From: Gammaproteobacteria bacterium
GTDB lineage: Bacteria; Pseudomonadota; Gammaproteobacteria; JAURND01
Assembly: GCA_035546635.1 (NCBI GenBank)
Contig: DASZWJ010000019.1
Location: 229,386-293,385 of the forward strand
Direction: 5' to 3'
DNA length: 64,000 nt
A model generated the notes under the pieces. The model had not been told where the DNA came from, searched no databases, and worked only from the letters and a program-made list of their open reading frames with translations. Shown here piece after piece: positions 23,175 to 31,836 of the stretch. Made by a program: the position numbers and the translations under genes. Position 1 is the first letter of the stretch. Every line of letters begins with the position of its first letter.

Positions 23175-24182
23175 TCAAAAAGGAGCAGGTATCAGCCCCA
23201 CTGCATCATGCACGCGCTGTAGAATTCTTTGCGCACGTGCTTGCGCTGTTTCTGCGCCACTTCGCAATATATCCTGTAATTTATCAATATCTGCGCGTAA
23301 TTCGTAATAACGTTCGCGCATTGGTCGCAAGTGTTCAATAATTGCCTCAGCCAGATCATTTTTAAATTTACCATAACCGCTGCCCTGATAAGCTTGTTCT
23401 AATTGCGCAATGCTTTGGTGAGTGGTCAATGCAAACAAAGTCAATAAATTGGCAACGCCCGGTTTAGCATCTACATCGTAACGTATCTCATTGCCGGAAT
23501 CGGTTACCGCGCGTTTTAATTTAGTCCGAATCATATCTTCTGAATCTAATAGCGCAATATAATTATGCTGATTGGCATCTGATTTAGACATTTTTTTGGT
23601 CGGTTCTTGCAAACTCATAATGCGTGCACCCTGAGGTGGAATATAGGGTTCAGGAATAGTAAAAATTTCACCATAAAGACTATTGAAACGTAAAGCTACA
23701 TCTCGAGTTAATTCCAAATGCTGCTTCTGATCTTCTCCAACGGGAACTCGATGCGCACCATATACTAAAATATCAGCCGCCATTAACACTGGATAATCAA
23801 ATAGCCCGACATTAATATTGCTTTCATGCTGCTTAGATTTATCTTTAAACTGCGTCATACGGTTGAGTTCACCCAGATAAGTAAAGCAGTTTAAGATCCA
23901 AGCTAGGCGGGTATGTGCCGGCACATGCGATTGTGCAAACAACACATTCTTTTCAGGATCTATGCCACAGGCAATATATAAAGCCAACACATCATAGCAA
24001 CGCTCCAATAATTGTTCAGGATCTTGGCGGACGGTTAAGGTGTGCAGGTCAGCCAGCATAAACAGGCAATCATATTCCTCCTGCATCTTGACCCAATTAG
24101 AGATGGCGCCTGTGTAATGGCCGATAGTGAGCTGACCTGAAGGTTGAATTCCACTTAGCAAAACTGGCTTTGATAGAGTCAT
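23175..24182 (-). CDS. trpS: tryptophan--tRNA ligase
   Basis: It has SGIQPSGQLTIGHY (HIGH-type) and KMSKS. I prefer the start at ATG 24182 (MTLSKPVLLSG) over 24194. Confidence 0.93.
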   Translation of the reverse strand: MTLSKPVLLSGIQPSGQLTIGHYTGAISNWVKMQEEYDCLFMLADLHTLTVRQDPEQLLERCYDVLALYIACGIDPEKNVLFAQSHVPAHTRLAWILNCFTYLGELNRMTQFKDKSKQHESNINVGLFDYPVLMAADILVYGAHRVPVGEDQKQHLELTRDVALRFNSLYGEIFTIPEPYIPPQGARIMSLQEPTKKMSKSDANQHNYIALLDSEDMIRTKLKRAVTDSGNEIRYDVDAKPGVANLLTLFALTTHQSIAQLEQAYQGSGYGKFKNDLAEAIIEHLRPMRERYYELRADIDKLQDILRSGAETAQARAQRILQRVHDAVGLIPAPF

Positions 24183-24344
24183 AAAGTTATCCATATAGAT
24201 TGATTGTTAGTAATTTACATATAATTTTGAATAAATTTAAATATTTGCAGAATTTTATTTAATGTATGAGCTTCAAGGTACTGAAATCTGTACTATATTT
24301 TAACGAAGACTAATGGATATTTCCTATAAGTGAGGATAGAAAAA

Positions 24345-24536
24345 ATGACCAGGATATTCTGCATCTTATGTATAACAGGGTTGCTCTATGGATGCACCTA
24401 CTCACCACCACCACCTTATCTCATGGATTATAATAACTATTATTATACGAGCTCTTATGGGGCCTATGAATACACCTATCCTATAGGTTATGATGATAGT
24501 TATTACGTTAAAAATAGTGGAGTAATTCCTTATTAA
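24345..24536 (+). CDS. small Tyr-rich lipoprotein (hypothetical)
   Basis: MTRIFCILCITGLLYGC is a signal peptide with a lipobox Cys. The mature part is Tyr/Pro-rich (PPPPYLMDYNNYYYTSSYGAYEYTY). Confidence 0.5.
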   Translation: MTRIFCILCITGLLYGCTYSPPPPYLMDYNNYYYTSSYGAYEYTYPIGYDDSYYVKNSGVIPY

Positions 24537-24647
24537 AAAGGGTAGGGTAAGCGAAAAACATAATTTTTTCTGAACCGAAAATTTTTAACTAATTTTAAAC
24601 AATAATATAATCTCGGTCTTCAATAAACTTTGGTGAAGAAAAAATAT

Positions 24648-26084
24648 ATGCTTATTACCCCCTCTCGAAAAAATTGGTATCGACTTTTATTAATCATGGT
24701 ATTTTTTGCGTTTCTTAGCGCATTCTTCATGATTTTCCTTCCGCATATTAAAGAGGAAGGTCGGTATACCATTGCCTCCATGGAAATGTTTTACAATCAT
24801 TACTATTGGCAACCGACCACGTATGGCGCACATTATCGAAGACCGCCCTTTTTCAATTGGCTAACACTGCCTATTATGCACTGGATAGGTGCCCAAAATG
24901 TACTGGTTGCTTCGCGTATTGTGGCGGCTAGCGGCACTGTGCTTTTAGCCTTGATGTTGTGGTTCTTCAGTCTCCACTTATTTAAAAACAAAGTCTTCGC
25001 GATTTTTAGTGTTGCCGTATTATTTTCTGGAGATTTTCTATTAGGCAAGGCCTGGGTGGCTTACCCTGATACTTGGTTTGCGTTTTTCACGTTTACTGCC
25101 ATTAGCTGCATGTGGATAAGCATTAAAGAACAACGTCCTTTATTTTGGATTCCTATCCCTTTTGTATTATTCGCAGCGCTACTCACCAAAGCGTTCACCT
25201 GTTATATATTTTATGCTACCGCATTATTGGTAGTAACCATAGGGTTAGGATGGTCTAAAAACTGGCGTTATCTACTTAAACCGGCCAGCATTTTAGCCCA
25301 TGCATTAGTGATTATATTACCCCTCACATGGTTTTTGCTGCCTGAATCGACTGGTTTAGCCGGTATGTTAGGAGATGTTTCGGGTTCAATGGCACAACCT
25401 GAGCAATTCACCTGGTTAGGTTATTTTCTAAAAATTCTGTCAACGCCGTTTAGTTTCATTTATTTGCTGCTCCCCATTGATATACTGGTGCTTTATTGTT
25501 TATATCGCTATAAAAAATATCCTACTATCCAGCCGGTCACCCGTTTGGATGGACAATCCATTAAATTATTAATCTGGATTATAGTCTTAAGCATATTACC
25601 TTATTGGTTTTCGACAGCGCATCTGTTAAATCCACGTTATTTATTTCCCTTATTACCCATGATAGCGATAGTGCTAGCCTATTGTGTTTGGCGGGCTGGG
25701 GAAAAAATGGTGGGTTTTGCCATTTTAATATTAATATTTGAGTTGTTCTTGAAGTGTATTTTGGTCATTTTAATTAGCCACCCTGGGAAGTTTACCTCTG
25801 TAGATTTTTCGCTTGACCAAATTGCAAATGATGCCCTCAAGCAAAGTCAGTCATATGCTAATTTAATCTATGTTAGCGATTTCGATGATGGGGGATATGG
25901 GGTGAATATTGCCTCTAAAATTAATATAATCCGTTGGCCTCAACCACCTTTAACGACTGCGCCTGAGCCACTGACCAAAGGTTGTGTGCTTAGCCAGGTG
26001 AATAGTACTAAGTGGGGGGTAGTGCCCAAGGTATATCATGTAAATAACGGGCGGGGTAAGCCTATTTATGTTTATTGCAAATAG
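24648..26084 (+). CDS. polytopic membrane glycosyltransferase, ArnT/PMT-like (GT39/GT83-type fold)
   Basis: It has more than 10 predicted TM helices. Its first periplasmic loop has the pattern EGRY...EMF...W.P...RRPPFFNWL, resembling the ArnT/PMT_2 signature. The start is ATG 24648, or upstream TTG/GTG codons. Confidence 0.55.
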   Translation: MLITPSRKNWYRLLLIMVFFAFLSAFFMIFLPHIKEEGRYTIASMEMFYNHYYWQPTTYGAHYRRPPFFNWLTLPIMHWIGAQNVLVASRIVAASGTVLLALMLWFFSLHLFKNKVFAIFSVAVLFSGDFLLGKAWVAYPDTWFAFFTFTAISCMWISIKEQRPLFWIPIPFVLFAALLTKAFTCYIFYATALLVVTIGLGWSKNWRYLLKPASILAHALVIILPLTWFLLPESTGLAGMLGDVSGSMAQPEQFTWLGYFLKILSTPFSFIYLLLPIDILVLYCLYRYKKYPTIQPVTRLDGQSIKLLIWIIVLSILPYWFSTAHLLNPRYLFPLLPMIAIVLAYCVWRAGEKMVGFAILILIFELFLKCILVILISHPGKFTSVDFSLDQIANDALKQSQSYANLIYVSDFDDGGYGVNIASKINIIRWPQPPLTTAPEPLTKGCVLSQVNSTKWGVVPKVYHVNNGRGKPIYVYCK

Positions 26085-26110
26085 AGGGGGTATGTGAATA
26101 CCCTATCATT

Positions 26111-26186
26111 AAGCAGGCACTTCCCTTCTCCCATCCCGCAAGGGGATTCCCTTCGGTCACAGACGGGAGAAGGGAAGTGCCTGCTT
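26111..26186 (+). repeat. family A' hairpin: 22-bp perfect stem enclosing the conserved 32-nt core
   Basis: The stem aagcaggcacttcccttctccc / gggagaagggaagtgcctgctt encloses atcccgcaaggggattcccttcggtcacagac. It lies 27 nt after the stop of the ArnT-like gene. Confidence 0.85.
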
Positions 26187-26320
26187 ATGGAATGATATGA
26201 TGAATACTTGACCCCTCAGCCCACCTAGACTTGAAAGTGCTCCTTATGCTAAACTCCCGTTTTTATATGATCTGCTTTTCTTTACCCAGTATGCGGCAAT
26301 TGCGGCGAGCTTAATCACTT

Positions 26321-28120
26321 ATGTCGATTCCCTTTTTTGCACTGTTTTCGTCTAATCCCTCAAGCCTACTCAACCTATACAAAAGACTATTAACTTCAGT
26401 CAAACCCTACCGCTTGATCTTTTTACTGGGCATTCTAGGTACGGCTGCATCTTCTGGCATTGACGCTGGTCTGGCTTGGTTGATTAAGCCCATCATTAAT
26501 CACGGCCTAGTGGATAAAAACTTCCATTTTATCCGCATACTGCCGTTTGTGGTTATCCTGATCTTCATTCTGCGTGGTTTTGCCGTATTTATGTCCACTT
26601 ATTACATCGCCAAGGTCGGTAAAAGTGTCGTTATGGACTTCCGCCAGCAAATGTTTGCCCATATGCTCAGGTTACCAGCCAGTTTTTATGATACCCAATC
26701 CTCGGGGCAATTGCTTTCTCGCTTAATCTTTAATGTAGAACAGGTCACGGAAGCGACCACCAATGCCTTGATGATTATGGTGCAAGATGGGGTATTAGCG
26801 ATAGGTCTCATTGTCGTCATGATTTCCTTAAGTTGGCAGATGACCTTGATGTTTATGGTGATTCTACCGATGTTGAGTATCATGATTCGCTATACCAGCA
26901 AAAGAATGCGTCGGCTGAGTTTTAGCGTGCAAAAAGCGATGGGGGAAATTAGCCATATTGCCGAAGAGAGCTTTGAAGGTTACCGCGTGATTCGTACCTT
27001 TGGCGGTGAGGATTATGAAAATAACAAATTTGTCAAAGCTACTAAAGATAATCGTAGACGTGAAATGAAGATTGTCGCCACTAATGCCATCGGCACGGCT
27101 ACCACCCAAATTATTGTCTCGTTTGCAATTGCGCTCATTTTATTTCTAGCTACTTTGCCTCAAGTAGACATTTCACCTGGCACCTTTGCGGCATTAATAG
27201 CCTCCATGTTCGCATTATTACGACCCATACGGCGCATCACGCAAATCAATAACTCCATACAAAAGGGTGTTGCCGGCGCACAAAGTATTTTTGAAATACT
27301 CGATATTGAACCCGAAAAAGATACAGGGACTTTGACCGTACAGCGGGTTAAAGGAGCGATTGAATACCGCGACTTGCGCTTTACTTATCCTCATACTAAA
27401 AAGCAGGTACTGTCAGAAATAAATTTTCATATTAAACCTGGGGAAACTGTGGCCCTGGTCGGCCGTTCTGGCAGCGGCAAAACAACTTTAGTGAGTCTAT
27501 TGCCGCGGTTTTATGAGTTAGAAAAAGGCAGTATTTTAATTGATGGTGTAGACATCCGTGAGTTTCGTCTAGCTGATTTACGCAACCAGTTTGCATTAGT
27601 ATCGCAGCATGTCACTTTATTTAATGACACGATAGCGCGCAATATTGGCTATGGGCGACTCAGCGAGGTCAGTGAAGAGGATATTATACGTGCCGCTGAA
27701 GCAGCCCATGCCATGGATTTTATCCGTGAATTTCCTCAAGGCTTAAATACCCTGATTGGTGAAAATGGCGTGCTGTTATCGGGTGGTCAGCGGCAACGTA
27801 TCGCCATTGCTAGAGCGTTATTAAAAAATTCACCTATTTTAATTCTCGATGAAGCAACCTCATCCTTGGATACAGAATCCGAGCGACGGATTCAAGCAGC
27901 ACTCGATGACCTCATGCGTCATCGCACCACACTGGTGATAGCGCATCGTTTGTCGACTATAGAAAAAGCTGATCGCATTTTAGTGGTGGAGAAAGGCCGG
28001 ATTGTTGAAACCGGCACGCACGCTGAATTAGTGCGCAACAATGGCCATTATGCCTATTTACATGCACTGCAGTTCAAAGACGAGCCTGCCACCAGTGATG
28101 CTGAAGTTGTGGTCATATGA
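26321..28120 (+). CDS. msbA: lipid A export ATP-binding/permease protein MsbA
   Basis: A six-TM domain is followed by an NBD with Walker A GRSGSGKTT, signature LSGGQRQRIAIARAL and Walker B ILILDEATS. Its stop overlaps the lpxK start (ATGA), the conserved msbA-lpxK pairing. Confidence 0.9.
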   Translation: MSIPFFALFSSNPSSLLNLYKRLLTSVKPYRLIFLLGILGTAASSGIDAGLAWLIKPIINHGLVDKNFHFIRILPFVVILIFILRGFAVFMSTYYIAKVGKSVVMDFRQQMFAHMLRLPASFYDTQSSGQLLSRLIFNVEQVTEATTNALMIMVQDGVLAIGLIVVMISLSWQMTLMFMVILPMLSIMIRYTSKRMRRLSFSVQKAMGEISHIAEESFEGYRVIRTFGGEDYENNKFVKATKDNRRREMKIVATNAIGTATTQIIVSFAIALILFLATLPQVDISPGTFAALIASMFALLRPIRRITQINNSIQKGVAGAQSIFEILDIEPEKDTGTLTVQRVKGAIEYRDLRFTYPHTKKQVLSEINFHIKPGETVALVGRSGSGKTTLVSLLPRFYELEKGSILIDGVDIREFRLADLRNQFALVSQHVTLFNDTIARNIGYGRLSEVSEEDIIRAAEAAHAMDFIREFPQGLNTLIGENGVLLSGGQRQRIAIARALLKNSPILILDEATSSLDTESERRIQAALDDLMRHRTTLVIAHRLSTIEKADRILVVEKGRIVETGTHAELVRNNGHYAYLHALQFKDEPATSDAEVVVI

Positions 28121-29100
28121 ATACCTGGGTGAAGGCCTGGTATGACCGTCACCCTTGGCTCTATGCATTAACACCATTTGCCGCTATTTACTGCAGTGCA
28201 GCACAAATCAAACGTTACAGTTATCGAATTGGCCTAAAAAAAACCACGCAATTTGCAGTGCCTGTGATTGTAATCGGCAATGTTACCGTAGGTGGAACCG
28301 GTAAAACCCCATTAGTGATTGCTTTAGCGAAAATCCTCCTTGAACACGGATATAAACCTGGGATAGTCAGTCGTGGTTACGGTGGTCAAGCCGCAACGAC
28401 ACCACAATGGGTAACAGGAAATAGCAACCCTCTGGAAACTGGGGATGAGCCATTATTAATCGCACGGCATACCCTTTGCCCTTTAGTCATTGCCAAACAA
28501 CGTGTCTCGGCAATCACTACTTTACTCAATCATTACCCTTGCGATGTCATACTCAGCGATGATGGTCTGCAGCATTATGCTATGGGAAGGAGCATAGAAA
28601 TTGCTGTCATAGATGGGGTGCGGCGTTTTGGTAATGGTCTTTGCCTGCCAGCCGGTCCGTTACGTGAGCCCTTATCGCGCCTAAAACAAGTGGATTTTAA
28701 GGTGACTCAAGGCAACCCAGAACTGGGTGAATGGGCGATGCAATTGCTGCCGGGAACCATTTATAATCTCGCAAATCCAGAACAAAAATTGCATCCTCAT
28801 GAACATCTACCTCCTGTACACGCCGTAGCCGGCATAGGCAATCCGCAACGCTTTTTTACTCAGCTTGAACAACTGGGATTTACTGTTATTGCGCATCCAT
28901 TTCCCGATCATTATCATTTCCAGCCAGGTGATATTGATTTTGGTAAAAATGCCATCACCATTATGACTGAAAAAGATGCGGTGAAATGTGAAAAATTTGC
29001 GGATGAGCGGCATTGGTGTTTGCCAGTGACTGCACAATGTGATGCGGGTTTTATTAATTTACTGTTGGAAAAATTAGGCTGTCATCCTGGGCGTAAGTGA
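28117..29100 (+). CDS. lpxK: tetraacyldisaccharide 4'-kinase LpxK
   Basis: It has the P-loop GNVTVGGTGKTP and SRGYGG. The last codons (CHPGRK-stop) lie inside a family B repeat. Confidence 0.9.
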   Translation: MNTWVKAWYDRHPWLYALTPFAAIYCSAAQIKRYSYRIGLKKTTQFAVPVIVIGNVTVGGTGKTPLVIALAKILLEHGYKPGIVSRGYGGQAATTPQWVTGNSNPLETGDEPLLIARHTLCPLVIAKQRVSAITTLLNHYPCDVILSDDGLQHYAMGRSIEIAVIDGVRRFGNGLCLPAGPLREPLSRLKQVDFKVTQGNPELGEWAMQLLPGTIYNLANPEQKLHPHEHLPPVHAVAGIGNPQRFFTQLEQLGFTVIAHPFPDHYHFQPGDIDFGKNAITIMTEKDAVKCEKFADERHWCLPVTAQCDAGFINLLLEKLGCHPGRK

Positions 29101-29112
29101 AGGATCTCCTGA
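29081..29112. repeat. family B left half-copy overlapping the lpxK 3' end
   Basis: gtcatcctgggcgtaagtgaaggatctcctga matches the left outer and inner arms of the full copies. No right half is present. Confidence 0.75.
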
Positions 29113-29122
29113 AGGTAAAATA

Positions 29123-30334
29123 ATGACTGCTATAAAATTTCAAAATACTAAATCACTTTCTACTCAGCGCATTAATCTCATTCTATGGACTATACTTTTA
29201 CTCTATCCCTTACTTGGCATGGGCATTGATTTAATTGCCCCCTCTTTACCTGCAATTAGTCATGATTTGGGAATATCAAACGCTATCTCAAAAAACTTAA
29301 TTGCACTTTACCTGATTGGATATGCGGCAGGAAATTTTTTAATTGGATTTTTATCTGATGCACTAGGACGGCGTAAATTGCTAATGGTTAGTTTATTTGT
29401 ATTTACCTTAACCAGTCTTCTACCCATTTTTTTACCTACGACTATGACCTTATTGATTTCGCGGTTGTTACAAGGTTTTTCGTTAGCAGGTTTTGGAGTC
29501 ATAGCGCGTGCTAGTGTCGCAGATTTACTGACTGCAGATAAACTCAAACAAGTCGCTGTATTGACAGCTACTATGTGGGGAATAGGACCGATTGTTGGCC
29601 CTTTTATTGGCGGGTATTTACAATATTATTTTGGTTGGCAAGCTTGTTTCTATTTCTTTTCGCTCTACAGTTTCTTGGGGTTGGCGGCTTGCATTTTTAT
29701 CGTGCCAGAAACACATCACAACCGCCAACCATTTAACTTGCAACAAATTAAACTAAATTTTATTACTATTACCTCTCATCCGCTATTTATGGGGATGGTC
29801 ATTATTATGGGTACTAATTATTCATTATTAATTGTGTTTAACGCACTCGGTCCGTTTTTAATTCAAAATAGTCTTGGATTTTCGCCACTGTATTTTGGTC
29901 ATATCGCGTTATATATGGGACTAGCTTTTTTAATTGGCACTTATGTGTGTCGTCGTTTGATTAAAGTTTTCCAACCAGAAAAAATAATATTTTCAGGGAT
30001 TGGTATCTTTCTTTTGGTTGCCGCAATGGGTGTGATTTTGGCTTATGTTGCTGGAAAAAATATGACGGTGGTTGTTATTCCAAGTCTGTTGCTTTATTTT
30101 GCTTGCGGCATTCTTTATCCGGCTAGCATGGCCAGGGGGTTGGCGATATTTCAGCATTTAGCGGGTAGCAGTGCAGCGGTCATGAATCTATTAAATCTAT
30201 TAATCACTAGTCTCACTGCGTTCGCTATGAGCTTGATTAATCCGACTACAGCGCTGCCTATGGCCTGTATTTATCTAGTGCTTTTATTATTTTGCGCTTT
30301 GGCTTATTGGCTACTAGTTCATAAAAATGCTTAG
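29123..30334 (+). CDS. MFS transporter (Bcr/CflA-like drug resistance type)
   Basis: It has 12 predicted TM helices and MFS motif A (GFLSDALGRRKLL). Confidence 0.8.
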   Translation: MTAIKFQNTKSLSTQRINLILWTILLLYPLLGMGIDLIAPSLPAISHDLGISNAISKNLIALYLIGYAAGNFLIGFLSDALGRRKLLMVSLFVFTLTSLLPIFLPTTMTLLISRLLQGFSLAGFGVIARASVADLLTADKLKQVAVLTATMWGIGPIVGPFIGGYLQYYFGWQACFYFFSLYSFLGLAACIFIVPETHHNRQPFNLQQIKLNFITITSHPLFMGMVIIMGTNYSLLIVFNALGPFLIQNSLGFSPLYFGHIALYMGLAFLIGTYVCRRLIKVFQPEKIIFSGIGIFLLVAAMGVILAYVAGKNMTVVVIPSLLLYFACGILYPASMARGLAIFQHLAGSSAAVMNLLNLLITSLTAFAMSLINPTTALPMACIYLVLLLFCALAYWLLVHKNA

Positions 30335-30374
30335 AAGCGATTTTCACATTTCTGCGAAAGAAGAGGGAGGGTAG

Positions 30375-31130
30375 CTATTCTTTAAATTCCCATAGTTTCA
30401 ATATCTTATTATGTCCTTTAATCGCTGCCGCACCTGCATAATCCAGCCCGGGTTTTAAGTTAAATAATGACCACTCTTCTGCGATATATCCACCATTGCG
30501 TACTGCCAATAAGGCTGCTAACTCGCCCGAACTTACGTCGAAATCTTTCAGTGGAAACGATAATCCCAAACCTAACGCTTTGATAAAAGCTTCTTTCCGC
30601 GTCCAGATATTAAAAAAAGCACTGGTTTTTTGTGGCGGAGATAAAGCGCTTAATTCTTTAATTTCATGATCGGAAAAAAAGCGTTCAGCTATTGCCTCAG
30701 CTTCGATATGTTTTTGTATACTTTCAATATCCACCCCGACTGGTTCAGCCAAACTGATTGCATATAAAGCCATTTCATTAGAGTCTGAAGAATTAAACTG
30801 TAATGCGTATCCTTTAGGATTACTCAATTCAGGTTTACCGTGAGCGCTGAGTGCAAAACTAATTTTGTCAGGAGTTTCTCCGATATAACGCGCTAATATT
30901 AATCGCAGCACACCTTTGGCAACTATAAAGCGCCGCCGGTGATGTTCAAATTTAAAACGTAAAGCTCTGGCGTGTTCCTCTGTTGATAATAATGCCAAGA
31001 GCTGTTCCTCGCGCGCAGGTGATACTTTAAGCGAAGTACGCCATACATGTATTTCATGTGCTGATATAGTGGAAATTTGCGTAGAGGAAATGTGCCATTG
31101 ATTTAAAAAGTTCGAATTTGATTCATTCAT
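30375..31130 (-). CDS. 4'-phosphopantetheinyl transferase, Sfp/EntD type
   Basis: It has GVDIE and WTRKEAFIKALG. I prefer ATG 31130; the track start at 31160 is TTG. Confidence 0.8.
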   Translation of the reverse strand: MNESNSNFLNQWHISSTQISTISAHEIHVWRTSLKVSPAREEQLLALLSTEEHARALRFKFEHHRRRFIVAKGVLRLILARYIGETPDKISFALSAHGKPELSNPKGYALQFNSSDSNEMALYAISLAEPVGVDIESIQKHIEAEAIAERFFSDHEIKELSALSPPQKTSAFFNIWTRKEAFIKALGLGLSFPLKDFDVSSGELAALLAVRNGGYIAEEWSLFNLKPGLDYAGAAAIKGHNKILKLWEFKE

Positions 31131-31248
31131 AATCCCATCCCTAAGATCAGCACGCTTCAAATGTAGCCGTCAATACCGCAATTTTTACGGTATTGTTTGA
31201 TTTAACTGATCTGGTACGCTGAACACGGTTAAATTATTTCTAAACAAT

Positions 31249-31599
31249 ATGGAGAATTCTTTTATGTTTTTAACTCGTTTATTTACTGTTATTTTCAGTA
31301 TTTTAGCCTTGGCAATTTCACTGCAAGCCTATGCTGCTAAGTCAGATACGTCTGACTCACCAACTAGTATAACGACAGCTGTTTCCACCAGCGACAAAGT
31401 AAATATCAATACTGCCAGTGCTGAAGAACTTAAAACGCTCAAAGGCATTGGTGATACTAAAGCGCAAGCTATCATGGACTATCGCACACAACACGGTTTA
31501 TTTAAGTCAGCTGAAGAGTTAGGTAATGTTAAGGGATTTAGCAATAAGGTACTGGAAAAGCTGCTTAAAAACAATGCAGGTCGCATAGTGATAGAGTAA
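31249..31599 (+). CDS. comEA: ComEA-family helix-hairpin-helix DNA-binding protein
   Basis: A signal sequence is followed by [41 protein letters not shown], an HhH tandem. Confidence 0.85.
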   Translation: MENSFMFLTRLFTVIFSILALAISLQAYAAKSDTSDSPTSITTAVSTSDKVNINTASAEELKTLKGIGDTKAQAIMDYRTQHGLFKSAEELGNVKGFSNKVLEKLLKNNAGRIVIE

Positions 31600-31606
31600 A
31601 TTGCAT

Positions 31607-31645
31607 CTAGCTGTCATCCTGAGAATTGGCTGTCATCCAAGATGG
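31607..31645. repeat. family B left-end fragments, tandemly duplicated
   Basis: ctagctgtcatcctgagaattggctgtcatccaagatgg contains gctgtcatcc twice. It starts 8 nt after the comEA stop. Confidence 0.65.
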
Positions 31646-31660
31646 ATGGCTTTAAGGTAA

Positions 31661-31775
31661 GGCGAAAGTAGTGGGGCAGGGGCTTATCAGACCGTCGGGT
31701 TCATGGATGAATCCGTCGAGCGTACACGGACGTATTCACAGCGTGTCTGATAAGCCCCTGCCCACTACTTTCGCC
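31661..31775. repeat. long inverted repeat (about 31-bp arms, about 52-nt spacer)
   Basis: ggcgaaagtagtggggcaggggcttatcagac (31661-31692) pairs with gtctgataagcccctgcccactactttcgcc (31745-31775), with a single-base bulge. It lies between the convergent comEA and lnt genes. Confidence 0.85.
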
Positions 31776-31836
31776 GAGGCGTGGCAATGACCTTCATTCG
31801 AATGTAGCAAGGTGCAGTGCGCCATTTTTAAAAAAA

